This document shows, one piece after another, positions 27,377 through 41,335 of a DNA stretch of 64,000 nucleotides (the first letter of the stretch is position 1; every line of letters starts with the position of its first letter). The notes beneath the pieces were generated by a model. It was not told the DNA's origin, did no database searches, and saw only the letters and a list, made by a program, of their open reading frames with translations. Both the position numbers and the translations under genes were made by a program. Source of the stretch: Octopus vulgaris (taxonomy: Eukaryota); assembly GCA_951406725.2 (NCBI GenBank), contig OX597816.1, positions 142,662,001-142,726,000 of the forward strand, written 5' to 3'.

Positions 27377-28006
27377 TAACTTTTTTTATCATTTTTTTTT
27401 GTATTCTATTTTTATTGCCAAGTATAAAACAATGAGAATTAAACTCCCAGCTGACCAAATTTATATTTCAATTTCAAGTTGAAATTATTTTACTTCAGTG
27501 ATGTAATGTAAATGCTTACAATAGGTATAAGAAATATTGGTGCATGACTGCATTGTCAAGTTCAAACTCTTTGAAGAATATACAAACTAACAAAACACCC
27601 AACTTTTACAGTGCTACTTGTAATCATCATCGTTCCTTTCCTGCAGTGTTAATTTTGTGATACATGTTTCTTGGGATAGCTGCAAAGACTAAATCCCCCA
27701 TATAGTCAGTGAGTACTGTCTCCAATAGACTAGCTGGCTAAGTGAACTAAGGTGCATGTTGCCCTGAGAAACATTAAAAACTAGTTACAGACAGAAATAG
27801 CTACAGCATCAATAACTATATGACTCATAAGCAGTGTACTTGTACATGCACCACCAAGTGCAGCAGAACAATAACTGATGTACTCTGTGTTCACCTTGTT
27901 CACCTCCACTTTGGCTACCACCAGAATCCATTGGTATACAGAAAGAAATAGATTTTGATAGCCAAAAGAATATTTCTCCAGACTATCTACTGCACCCCAT
28001 ATTAAG

Positions 28007-28110
28007 TACAGATATAACATGCCTCCCTTCAGCTGACAACCATGATGATGATCATCATTAAATGATGATAGTGATGGTTGTCAGCTGGATTGAGTCATGT
28101 TATATCTGTA
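28007..28110. repeat. ~104-nt imperfect hairpin
   Basis: TACAGATATAACATG..CAGCTGACAACCAT..ATCATCATT pairs with AATGATGAT..ATGGTTGTCAGCTG..CATGTTATATCTGTA. Confidence 0.9.
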
Positions 28111-31100
28111 ACAACAAATCTATGGATTATTTGTTCCTAGTGATTAAATTGACCCTCTGCTTACCCTTTTCTGTATGATCAGAGCTAATCTAGAGCTATA
28201 CAGCAAGGACTAAGATTTGTAGAAGTATGTAATTAAGAGTACTACCCAAATAAGTAACAAATCCTTTTCAGGGGATTTGATTATGGAATTTTAAAATTCT
28301 TGGAATCAGTATTTTTTAATTATCTTACATCACAACTTGTGAATAATAGCATATTTGATCACAGGCCAATCACTGGTTCACTGCATTTACAGTAGTCAAT
28401 ATAATGAGGGATCTTCTGTAACTTGATACAAGACAAATGATTCACAAAGTACCTGTTTTACATCAATGTCTGTATTCTTCATTGATACACATCAATAAAA
28501 TATACACACGCAATGGGGCTTCTGTACAATTTTTGCCATATGTACTGTTAAGACCTGAGTCACAACACATTAGACTCTACATAATTAAAATAACAATTGT
28601 TTTCTTAATGTTGAAAATAATTTTCAAAGAAGTGTAATGTATTGAATATCTATTAACTTAGGACTATTTTAAACAAAGTGATGCATTTGTTGTAATTTGT
28701 GATTTATATTACTCTAGGAAAATAGTTTATTCTTAGAACAGAGAAAAATAATGGAATATCAGAATATTTGATCTCTGATTGAGTCTGACACTTCACACAG
28801 TAGTATTGATATGTAATATATCAAGAATTAATATATTAAACACTTTTTAAACTATTACATCAATAGTTTCATGCTTGTGTGACTGTCATGGATTTTATAA
28901 ATTTGGACATTTCCATATTAGTATTTTTTTTTAATAGCCAGATACTTTTTATTGTTAAATCTAAGCAACTGTCCAACAAATTGTTAAAGCAATTGTTGGT
29001 AGCTGAGGCAAGCAAAGATTTGAGCTTTAACTAGAGGCCCAACACAATAGCTTGCAAAGAAATATTTTTCCTTCGATAAAAAAAATCTCTCTGGAAATGT
29101 TAACCTTTACAAACTTCTTTCTCTCACAACACTCTATCATACATTTTTACTGTTTTTATTACAGATTATCTGTAGCCAAATAATTCTACTGACCACATTT
29201 TGTAAATATGGTATGGTTTGAATACCTGACCATATTTGTAGCTCAATATTTCACTTAAGCACTAGTAAAACCTGGTCCATTGACTTGTCTATGGAGCTGT
29301 AACTCCAAATACAAGTTAACTCAAATTATGATAACCCACCCAGTTTATGCCAGTTTGGAGAACCTGCTTATTCTGAGGTCATTTCAGATATATTTTAAAG
29401 AAGTGCAGATATTTTTTGGTGTCAATATTTTCAGATATTTTTTAGTGTAGATATTTTTAGATATTTTTTTTTCACCATCACCTATGAGATTAGGAGTTAT
29501 GACGAGTTGTATACTTTTTTTCATTAAGTGTAATGGAGTGATTCATCTGTATGCTCTCTACTCTACAGAACAATTTAGTAGATGAGCAGTCTAACCTTCT
29601 TACATTAGTGTGCTGGTTTACCTACAAGTAGGAAGCTGTACCCCTTCCCTATTTTGCGGAGTAGTTAAAATTTTTAGGGTGTTGAAAATTCTGAAGTCTG
29701 GAAAAGAAACTTACTTTCCATGATGCAGTTAATGTGATATTGTCTCCTGTAACCTTGAAATGTTAATTGATTCTAGTAAATACATGAAACTTTGGCAATT
29801 AATATAAAATGTAATTAGGTTAGGATTGTCCTGAATGATTGATGAAATTTTAGTCTAAGAATTAGCTATGTTAAAGAAGATATTCTTGAAGCTGCTCTGT
29901 TGTGGGAGTAAAAGCTGATATAGCTGGCAGTGCTGCTGTGTTAAGTTACTGGTAGCACATAACCATTTATTATTACCATACCTAGCAATAAATTTTTGCA
30001 TAAAACAAAAAGAATATGAAGTGATGACAACTTTGTTGGGAGTTTTCAGTATTGAATTGCAGAAACTTTGTCTTCCTTTCTGCTCTAAGGGTTTTCCTCA
30101 AACTGAGAACCCAGCTTTTGCTTTCTGAAACAGAATCTCAAATTACATTTTGGTTCTCTATTTCAAGGAGTAATTATTTTACTGTTAAGTATGGAAATAA
30201 ATACCTTTATTTTTTCTAAGTAATAGCTCCTACCCGGCTATTTATATTGAAAACTATCTGCTTCTTGTTGCTATGAACTGACAAAAGTATATAATGAAGG
30301 CTAAATATGAATTCCTTAAAGAAAATAACTACATAGCTTGGTTAGATACAAACTGAGTTGGTAATTAAATTAATATAATTAATATTTCTTTTCTAAAGGT
30401 GTGCACATATTCTAAATTGGGCTAAAAACTTCTGTTTTGAAATTTAAGATGTTTTTATTGTATGAAGTTAATTTTATATCTTTCTTATCCCTAAATTAAA
30501 CTAACTAGGCTCTTTTAAATAAATTTAATTTAATGGCTTTTCCCTTACTTTACAGAGAGATTTTGAAGGAATAGGAGAGGCAGTACAAATTCTTTACTAC
30601 TAAGCAAATTAAACCCAATAAAAATTTATCAAAGTTTATAGAAATATCCACCACAGATGTTAACTCTTGCCTATTTGGCTGGTAGTTCATAATTATATGA
30701 TCATTTTCCACCCATTTTTTCTTTTCTCAAGCATATTAACTGAGATTTTTTTATAACCCTTACATTAAAACTTTTGAAGATTTTTTCTTTAGTTAATAGT
30801 TAAAGGAATCTGTTAGTCTGAGAGGATCTTTTATGTCCTAAGTGAACTTAATATCTAGTTTGAATCGTTATTAAATTTTTCATTGAGCATCTTTAGAGTG
30901 GAGAAAAGTTTGAAGATATGTAGTCTTAGTGTAACCAACAGCTTCTGGAATGTGTTATACAGTAGGAGTTTGGAAAGTAAGTGATAGAATTAAATGCATC
31001 CAAATAGTGGCAATATAGAGCAAGATGTTTGATCTACTCAAAGAAATTGGTGTTTTCACCCTCTTCTTAACTTTGGCAAGAGACTTGTAATGTCTCGCTA

Positions 31101-32176
31101 AAAAAAAAAAAATTAAAAATCAAAAAGCTTACTATTCTTAACATTAGTTGCTCTGCTGTCACATGTTGATTTGCTCATGGCAGTCTGCAACTTTGAAGTA
31201 AATCTCATTCAAATTATTCCGTATTTGAGCTAATTACATCTCTTTTTATAAATGAATATGTTCCATAACCCTTAATGATGCATTAGTTTACTAGTTTAAG
31301 CTTTTCTCTGATGTATTACTTAGCTTGAGAAAATCAGCACAATGGGAACTCATTCTCTCTCTCTCTCTCTTTCTTTCTTTCTCTCTATCTTTCTTTCTTT
31401 CTCCATAATCCTTTCACCTCCTTGCATGTTATTGATTATGGCTGAAAATTACAGGTATGGGAAGTAAATGAAATATGGTAAAACCTAGGGGTCAAATCTG
31501 TATTGTGGAGTTGTCATAGCTAAAGGTTAGCACTATTCTCCAATCCTAACACTTACCCTTATCCTCTTGAATGATAAACTAAATCTTTTCAAGTCTAAAT
31601 ATTGCAAGTTATCAAAGGATACCCATGTTGTTTGGGTCAGATCAAATAGGATATGAGCTTCCGATTTTCTGAATGGAAAGAGTAAACAGTTAAGTAATTA
31701 ACATCAAGTTTCTGAACTGCAGAGTCACTTTTAAAAGCATTTGATTATGCATGATTAAACAAACTTTGTCTGGCATGGCTAGCTGCCATTTCAGCTACTG
31801 TTGGTATGCTATAAAGCATTGGGAAGTCAATATTTGCATTAATTAATCCCTGAAGTGCATAATAAATTAGTGTATTGTAATGTACTTCTTTTTATTTAAA
31901 TGTGACAGCACAAATACCACTTGTTAAACAAAACATTTTGTTTGGTATGTATTATTGTTACATGCAATTTCTCTTTCATATATATATATGTGTGTGTGTG
32001 TGTAATCTTTTTTTCTGATTCATTCAATGACTTTTCTGTAACTACATGTCAAAACCTTCATTCCTCACTGCATTGATGCCAGACATTTTGAATACCAGCT
32101 TAATTTCCATTTGTTCATCTCTTTCTCTCTCTCTCTCTCTCTCTCTCCATCTCTTTCTTTATATATATATATATAT

Positions 32177-32267
32177 CACCATTATTGTTTAACGTCCGCT
32201 TTCCATGCTAGCATGGGTTGGACGATTTTGACTGAGGGCTGGTGAACCAGATGGCTGCACCAGGCTC

Positions 32268-32270
<3 letters not shown>
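32177..32270 (-). mobile_element. Short, little-diverged RTE-like 3' tail copy embedded in (TA)n
   Basis: GTTTAACGTCCGCTTTCCATGCTAGCATGGGTTGGACG retains its CpGs; (TA)n on both sides. Confidence 0.75.
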
Positions 32271-32305
<35 letters not shown>

Positions 32306-32747
32306 GTGTGTGTATGTATAATCCTTCATTCAAAGGAATGCTATTCTATTCTAGTACTAGCTTTATCTAAACCCAGTACAAATACTGTGCATTTTTTTAA
32401 AGCAATAGTAAAATGTGTGGAAGTAGAAATAACAAATTGAAAACAAATAATATAGAACTTAGTAGGCAATGTCATGACTAACCATGTTACATTGTTGAAT
32501 GGAATGAAAAAATATTTAACAAAAGTACTTTTAGTGCCCACTTTACACTGCAACTCTTAATCCTCCCACCAACAATGCTATTTTTTTATAAGATAGTATA
32601 AGTAGGAGGAGGGAAGTTATCCATGGCCCTTGCAATTTGAAATTGGTTAGAATGATGCAACAGATGTTCAACTTGGATGCCTATGTATAGGTAAGGAATT
32701 ATATATGGTTACAATTCTGAGGAGAAAGGGTTGAGAAAATTAGAATG

Positions 32748-33138
32748 GTGCTGCTGCAACATACACAAAAACAGAATCCTAGATAAAGCTATATGACGAT
32801 TGCCAAAGATCCACTCATATATGTGTGTGTGTGTGTGTGTGTGTATGTGTTTCCATATGCTGTTTCCTATCTCTGCTTTTATTGCTACTACAGTGGTCTT
32901 TGCTCAACTGAGAAATAGGGTAGAAATCAGTAAGATTAATGGAACTGAGTAAAGTGTGTGTAGAGATATCTAGTTCAGTTGCAGAATCCATTGTAGCAGC
33001 AATAAAATCAGGGCTAGGAAACAGCATATGGAAAAATATCTATGAACTAATGATTGCTGTGTGTTGGTGATTGGATCTTTGGCAATCAATTAAATAGCTT
33101 TGAGATTTGTTTTGTACTTGTATGTGTTGTAGCTGCAC
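32748..33138. mobile_element. Foldback/MITE-like element with long imperfect inverted arms
   Basis: GATTGCCAAAGATCCA pairs with TGGATCTTTGGCAATC, and TTCCATATGCTGTTTCCTA..TTTTATTGCTACTACAGTGG pairs with CCATTGTAGCAGCAATAAAA..TAGGAAACAGCATATGGAA. A (TG)n tract lies within the left arm. Confidence 0.75.
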
Positions 33139-35864
33139 TGTCTGAGACATGCAAGAACTACTCCATTGTGGATTTTACTTGAGCCTTTTAAGAGTCAGTA
33201 GTATTCCATTGTAATCTTACATGGGCCTTGTAGAGGGTTATCAGTGTTCTAATGTGGTCTTATATGGGTCTTATAGAGGATTGACACTATTCAGTGTGGA
33301 AACTAATCTCTGCTGAACTATTTACTGGTTCTAGAGGATTTTAGTTTTTGTAGTATTGTACTCACAGTGCTTAGTTACAAGTATCTATAGAGCCAGTGCT
33401 TACTCCTAATTATCATAGTTGCAAACTGATTGGAGATATGCTGCTTTCTTGGAGTGGGTGCTACTTAATCACAAAGCTACTTTGTCCTTCAGAAGAATTC
33501 CAATACTGTAATCTGGCTAATCGACTAATTTCACAATTGTGTTGCTCTTAACTATAGGTAAATTGCAGTATTAATAACGGAACATGGTCAATTGCTACAC
33601 TCAGATCTCTGTTCCCTCCCTAGCGTTAACATAATGTTATAATTTATTCCAAATATTTTCTTCAAATAAAATAGCACTTTTGTATTTAAATAATGTTTTT
33701 TTTTTTTAATTTGTGAAGTTTATCAACAGTACATAATCTGAGTTTTCCCACCCAAAACTAGTCAGTTGATTTAATTTTTGTTTTCCTCTAATTTATAGTT
33801 TTTTTTTCTCAACCTTATTTTGAAGAAATATATATTGCCTTAAACAACAGCAATATTTACATATTCAAAATCTAGTTCATTGTTAGCCTGATATCATCAC
33901 TTAGGCATTCATTAAAAAATGTAAAATGTTGACAAAAGTGAATCATTACAAATTCCTAATGCTATGCAGTACTTTTCATTGGGTTGTTGCAGCATTCTTG
34001 GATACCACCAAAAATTGCCTAGCTATGCATAAGTTATGTCACTAACATAATTTTCCATTTTAATTTTCTTTATGGGCCTTTCTAAACACATGCATGCATG
34101 TTTATCCGTTACACATTGTAAGGTGTCATGCATAATTAATTTCATGTATTGAAAGTTAAAATTAAACTTAATTCTTGTATAAATTAATTGGCAAAACAAT
34201 TTTTAGGATGTTGAGTTTATGCCAAAACATGAACATGGTTTCAGATGTAAATCTATATTGCCTGAAGATATAAACAACTTTCCTGTCTTATTTGTTTAGT
34301 TTCCTAATGTATTAAAAACATATTGAAAAAGTAAATAAGCTTTCAAACATGTAAGTTGTATTTGCAGTAACAGATGACCAAACTGATAGGTACTGGTTAA
34401 TACACCAGACTCTTTGTGTCTAGTCACTGCACTATTTCCATGGATTTAGCTCTTGATTACTGAATCTAGTTAACTCCAAATATATAGTTATTACTTTTGA
34501 GACCAAGGTTAATTTTGATCAACTAGGTGATGATCAGATGAGATGGTGCCAGCATTTTAGTTGGAACCATCTTATCTTCCATTTTTCAGACATAGCATAA
34601 ATAGGACTACATCATCCAGTGTATCAAAGCCTTTTCTCTTTTTAGACATAAAAGTGATTTGAAGATTTGGCAGCTATTTCTAGAAAATTGATTGACTACA
34701 TATTGACTGCCCCTGTACTGTAATATCAACTCTGGATTTGATGAATGTTTTATAGACTTGCTCTGAGTTTCATTTCCTATGTTAAGGGAAGCTAATTAAG
34801 TACCAGATTTATATCCCTCACCTGCTTATTGCTACATTACTTAGCTTCAGCTTTCAGGAAGATAAACAAGCAAGAACTCAGATGTTGAATAAGCAGACAA
34901 TTGCAGACAGCTAAGAGTCCATTGAATTTTGTTTGGAATTTTAAAAGGTTGCAGAGAGAATGTATAATTAATTACTCAGTTTCATAGTTATTCAGCTACA
35001 TGTTTTTGAACTGAGAGCTGAAACTGGGAAAATTAGTTTGTTGTTAGTTAATTTACAGAATATATTGATTAGACAGACCTTTCAAAACCTTGGGGTCTAT
35101 GAGGAAAATTTCATTTAAATAACAAGTCTTTGATAGTGAAAAGGTTTGGATCCATAGCACTACAATGAGATACCCCTCTCCAGCGTATAATCTTTCAGAA
35201 TAAAACTGTTAATTTTTGATAATTAAAACTTATGAGGCATTTTTTAGCCCCAGGTCAGCTCTGATCAAGTAGTTCTACAATCGAATGTTTTTGCCATGAC
35301 CTCCTGCCTTATTTTCAGGCAATTTCAGGAAACTACATCAGCTTGTGTATCTTTTCTTTTCTAAGATGGTAATGTGTGGTTTGATGGAAAGTTGGTTATC
35401 ATTTCTGGAAGCCCAAGTGACTGCTTATAGGCTCTTTATTTTAATATTTCATTTTGTCTTTATTTCAGTTACTCTTTTAACTGTTCCCTTTAGTTTAAAA
35501 CTTTTAATCTACTCTAGTCAGAGATGTAATTGATCCATCCACTTATCTTTCTTCATATATTATTTGCTTCATGTACTGGCATGTTTCTTTTTTTCTTATG
35601 ACATCCTAAAGTACAAAACAATGTTAATGTCTTAATCCTATTATTTCAATTGGTTAAATGAAAAAAAACAAAATATAAACCTAAAAATAAATTGCTGGCT
35701 TAAGAGATAATTTTTAACACATTCTCAGGATTTTCACTAAGCTGCTTTATAAACTTAAAGCTTATTGAAATAATATAAATAGTTGAGCTGAAGAAAGAGA
35801 TTGACCATGAAAATATTTATCTTGGGAATGAATTTGAGTTTATGTAATTTGGTCAAATCTTTCC

Positions 35865-35990
35865 TTTCTCTTTTAATCAAACATATCTTTTAATGAAATC
35901 CCCCTATTTCTTTTAATCAAACCCCAGTCATTTTAATCAAACTACCCTGTTTCTTTTAAAATCATACTATCTTATTTTTAATCAACTCTC
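35865..35990. repeat. Degenerate ~20-25-bp minisatellite (TTTTAATCAAAC core)
   Basis: About six recurrences of TTTTAATCAA-like units. Confidence 0.7.
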
Positions 35991-36247
35991 AACTATTTCT
36001 GTTGCATTTTAGGGAAAGACAAATTTGTTAGTTATATATTTCATAGAAGAAATATGTTTGTATACTGTTATATAATATATCAATTGATTATACTCTAATG
36101 AACTTGTGGCTTTGTTCTTGTGTAAGAAATTGTCATCATCATTATTGCAATGATATTGTTAGTATATAATAATGATCACTGGGATAGGTTTAGAGAGAAG
36201 TGAAACTAAAATATGATATCCAAGTTAACCTGAATATTAGAAATGTA

Positions 36248-36408
36248 CCGTATTTTAATGTGTATAAGGAACCCCTTTTTGTCAAAAATTAGTTTAAAAA
36301 ATATGGGATTTTCTTTTACATGGCTAGTATTATAATCCCTTACAAAATCTTTTTTCCAAATTTTAAGCCTTCAAAATTAGGGGGTTCCTTATACATGTTA
36401 AAATACAG
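36248..36408. mobile_element. Tc1/mariner-superfamily (Tc2/pogo-like) MITE
   Basis: TA|CCGTATTTTAATGTGTATAAGGAACCCC ... GGGGTTCCTTATACATGTTAAAATACAG|TA: ~28-bp TIRs with a TA TSD. Confidence 0.85.
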
Positions 36409-37149
36409 TATATCCATGAACTGGGATTGGAACTGTTTTGCTGATGCCCTTCCATACATATGTCTTATAACAGTGTCACTACAAATGCTTCTGATTCTCT
36501 GATACAAAACTTGATTATAAAGTATTCATATCTAAATTTAAGCTGTGATAAATTTGTTATTGCTTTTCATTAGGTTATATTCCAAAACATCAGCTTAATA
36601 ATGGAAGCTATTAGATCTTTCCCAATTCTAGATTACTTTTGAAATTAATGAAAATAAATAGGCTATGTATTTCATTTGAAATGTAGTAACAAAAAGGTGA
36701 CATTGTAATTATAGAAGGTTGTTGAACTAACAGCTCTTCAATAAGCAGTGGTGCTTAGCAGTGAACTCAGCAGTGAAATACCTAGAATAATTTGGATTAT
36801 AAACAAAGTCATTAACAAAGACTTTGCAATAATTAGTAGGTTGTAGAACGACTCTTTCATTCATAAATGTGAAATATTTGAGCACTGGGGAAACTTTACA
36901 GCATGGTACTGTTATGCTACACTACTTATTAGGAAAACAGTCAAATACTTGTATATATGATAGTCATAGTTATAGAGACATACCATCTACTATAAACATC
37001 CTGGTTATTGTTTAGCCCTAGGTCTTAGCTAGTATTTTGGTTATAAATAATATATGAATGGTTGTTTTCTAACAAACAGGGTTGTTAGGTTAACTAAGAA
37101 AACCTTGTGTAATGTAGCTTGAGAAACCATCTAGGCAGTGACATATTTC

Positions 37150-37430
37150 TTAAAGTTAAACTCTTAGAATTTCGTTATCATCATTTTTGCATCTGCTGCC
37201 TTCATATTCTCCTGGGTTGTGAAGGACTTCTTGAGGTAATAATCTACAGCTGGATACCCTTCCCTTATTTTCCATGTGAAGTATTCCACTGGTCTTTGCA
37301 CATTAAACTGCCAAGCTACAAAACACATTATGTGAGACATAGACATCACTGGTCCTCAAAATGTTGTCAGCCTACAAATGTTACTTTCTTCAGACTTTGT
37401 CTGGTACCTATTTAACCATTTGAAGTAAAA
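37150..37430 (-). mobile_element. Possible highly decayed RTE-like C-terminal fragment
   Basis: AWQFNVQRPVEY weakly resembles LRWFGHVQRRxEY; there is no other support. Confidence 0.3.
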
Positions 37431-39924
37431 TATCTATCTCTGGTATTTATTAAAAATTTTGACCTTCATAATCCACCCTACAGAATCTATGAGCTATGCC
37501 TAAATCATCAACTCATAACATCCATGGTACTTTTATGATTAATTATTGCAGAATAATCAGCTCTTTAGTTTTCTGTTGGCTTTCACTGCAGCCTGAAGTC
37601 TTATTTCTTGTGGATAGTACTAATTTCAGACAATACTTGCAGTTTCTATAACAACCTTTGTTTCCTTGAAAACAACTCACAGTATAAGTATGCTTTCTTT
37701 ACCTTAAAATCAAATTACTATTAAATAGAATATATTCAGGCTCACATGTAATAGTAAGCTTTCAAAATAGGTAATTAATGTTTAATTGAAAAACCTGCAA
37801 ATGTAAACAATTCTTAATTGCTGATAATTTTATAATACTTTGTAATGTAAAACTTCAGTTGTTGAGACATTTGATATTTAGTCTGCTTAGATCAATTCAG
37901 CTTGAGTGAACCTACCAAAAGCAAAGTGTTTCTTTAGCATAGCTCTGAGAATCACTGAGGCATGGAAAACTGTCATGCTATGATAATCTGAAGTTAGTAG
38001 ACTGTTAACAAACCCTTTGACATTGATGATAATAGTGACCAATGATCCATCTGTTTTGATAATGGACATTGAGTTGTTTAATTAACTGAACTACCTTGTT
38101 AAATAAACATGTGGCTGTGTATCTCATATCATTAGTATGATGCAGTATTTTAGAGACAGATCTTTTGAATTGCATGTACAATCCATCCAGTGAGCTTCCA
38201 TACAGTTTCTGTTTACTTCATTTCACTCACAGAGGCTTGAAGGTTGTGGTAAAAGACATCTGCCCAAGATTCCAGATATTTAGATTGAACCTTATGTCTC
38301 ATGATTGCATAGCAAACTTAGCTACTTGGCTATACTTGTATTCATACAACTATGAGAAATAAATATAGGAAGTTAGTAGAACAGTGGTCTAAACACCAAA
38401 GTATTTGTGTCTCCTTTCACTTCAAGCTAAAATTCTTTCTTGTTGTGCAAGTTGCTTAATGACCTCATTAGTGCTGGTGGCATGAAAAAAGCACCTAGTA
38501 CACACTTTTAAGTGGTTGGTGTTAGGAAAGGTATCCAGCCATAAAAACCATACCAAAGCTGACTGTAGTCCTGTGGCTCACCACATCCTGTTAAACCATT
38601 CAATCCTTGTCAAAATTGGAAAACCAATGTTAAATAATGAGGAATTTGATTTTTAGATTTGATCCCACTGCATGGAACCTTGAACAAGTGTATTTAGCTT
38701 CAGCACAATTTTGTAAAGCTTTGTAAGTACAGCTTGATAGTCTTTTGCATAATTTCTATTCTATCAGCACAACTGATCTTGGATGGCAAACTTTTCATCA
38801 CCCATTTTAATGCACCCAGCTGGCCCTTCGGTTCCTATAGTGGAGCTGCATTCTGTTGCAAGTATTTATATGTCACTAGCGTGAGAATAACTTCCTTCTC
38901 ACCTTTCTCCCATCTTGGAAGCCCTTTTTTGAGAAAGGACTATGTCCATAGTCATAAAAGCAAAGCTAAACAAAACAAGTACCAGGCATGTATCCTTTCA
39001 GTGAAAGTGTTAGCTTTATGCTAAAATCGCATATGTACTTTATTTATTAAATGCCACTACTTAGCCTTATTCTGTGCCTCTCTACATATTATGTTCCAGT
39101 ATGTACTTCCTTTCATATTGTCCATATTTATAGATTAGTGGTTGTAGCAGAAACCGTCTTTACCAAGAAACTCTCTGCTTCATTGGTGGCAGACTAATGA
39201 TTCATTGATTTTGTAGATTGATAAGCCAGCAGCATTCTAATAAACTAACTATATATAACTATTTTCAGAAACTTCATGTTTAACAACAAAAACAAAGAAA
39301 AAATCATTGATATATTCTGGAAATTGTTGTTAATCTCTAAGTTAGTCTTGGTTGAGCAGATCTAAGATCAAAGGCATTCTATCTCTTGTCTTAAGGATAC
39401 ATACAACTACATTATCCATGTCTCCCTTTTTCATAAAAATAAAGGATGACTTGAAGGAAAGTTGGTTGCTATTTCTAGTGGTTCAGGTGGCCATACAAAG
39501 GATTCTTCAGCTTACTACTGATGATGTTTCATACAAAGTTGGAGAGATTGTAATATAATTAATTACACAAATGTAAAATAGATAAGCACTCTTAGGAATT
39601 AGCATACAATGTAAATTGTCGATGGTTTATCAGAAAATGTACTGTTACTTTCAGTCACAATAATTAGGTTAGAACTATTGTTTGTGCTCTTGCATGTGTG
39701 TGCATGAATGAGCATGCATGTTTCTGTGTGTATGCATATTTTTGTGTGTATCTGAAAGAATGAGGTAGAGGATAATGATTGTATATTGCTTTCTCCATGA
39801 TATAATCAAAGGCCAGAAGTGGAGTGAATAACACTAGCTAAAATCTAAATTGAATGGACGAAGTTTTGTAACCTACTACCATTCCTGTTGAAAACAACAG
39901 GGTCTGTTTCTCTCCATGTAAAAG

Positions 39925-39960
<36 letters not shown>

Positions 39961-40341
39961 CTAAATAATATACTGTTACACAGAAGTGAGATATTGATTG
40001 TAAAATATGGGGAATCTTAGCAGAAATAATAATTTGAATGTCACTGAGAAGATGGACAATGTTAATTTATCAGAAGAACTGTGCTTGTTTTTGTTTCTTT
40101 GTTTTATTGCTTGTTCAGAGGAGGAGGTACAGTAAGTACTCTAGACATTATGTAGGCCTTCCAAGACTGGTATGATTGATACAGTTGATCAATCTTAAGT
40201 ATTCCAGCTTGAACATTTTGAAGTCAGCATCTGCAGGGACAGGGTGAGCAAAGCAGTTCCAGAAGATAAATGTTCTTGGAACAAATTATTATTTCACCTA
40301 CGGAAGGAGAGCAGTGTTGGCCCTTCCAAACAGGAAAAGAC

Positions 40342-40570
40342 TTAAACCCTTTTGTTATCATATTTCTGTTGAGATACTGTGTTTCTTCCAATTAATTTTA
40401 AATATAACAAAGAATTTAGTAATTTAACTTAGTTATCATTAAGCTAACATTAGGAACATAAATTGCAACCAAGGTTTGGTAGAAGATTTTAAATTAGAAC
40501 TTTTGAAAACAAGACGTTTGTGCTACAGAGCTAGAGGCAGTTTCAGCCAGGTTATTATCAAAAGCATCAA
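40342..40570. mobile_element. Short DNA-transposon-derived repeat (TTAA-CCCTTT terminus)
   Basis: Starts TTAAACCCTTTTGTTATCA and ends TTATCAAAAGCATCAA (decayed TIR). A more diverged inverted copy lies at about 36440-36700. Confidence 0.55.
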
Positions 40571-41335
40571 GGAGGTTATTTACTTTTAACTATTGCAAGT
40601 GGAAGTAAAGAGGAAGTTTTAGTCTTACAGAACAGAGATTGAATAAAATGCTTAGCATTTAGATCTAAATTGGGCAAAACTTGTACATACAAGTCAGCTA
40701 TAACCATCTGCTCATTTATTTTATTTCATCTTCTTTAGAGATATGTGACTTTATCTATCCTTCCTTATTTAAGACAGTAAGGTATAACTTAAAGGAGTTA
40801 TGGCTACTATTTTTAGCAGATCAAGCAACTACTTAGAGACTCCTTTTACTCAAGATTAATTCAGTAATAACAGAACACAGAATGCTGGTGGAGTAGTGTC
40901 ATTTGTGTGTTGGTAAATGAAATGTATTTGTGTGTGTGTGTGTAACTCTTGATTCTTGTGTGTGTGTGGCATCTGGTTGCTTAACCCCAGATATATAAGT
41001 AGTATTCCATTATGGTATAGATGTGTCTTGAAGTGGTTCAGTAACTATTCATAGTTTTCTTTTTAGCTCACTTAAGCTAGGAAAATAAGTTATTGGCAGA
41101 TGCTGATTTTGTCCTGCCTCTTTTTAACAGAATTCACTATTCAGAAAATTATTCTAACATTTTTCTTTTTTTTCTTTTCTTTTCTTACTGTGTCAAGTAT
41201 ATTAAGTTTTTATGCAGCAGGCATCCTTGGGTATTTTTTCCAGTCATTCTCTTAAGTTATATATAACGATCTGTGTTAATTTGCCAAAAATGTTATATAT
41301 TTCTCTCATAACAGTTTAGCAGTTTGACCATGCTT

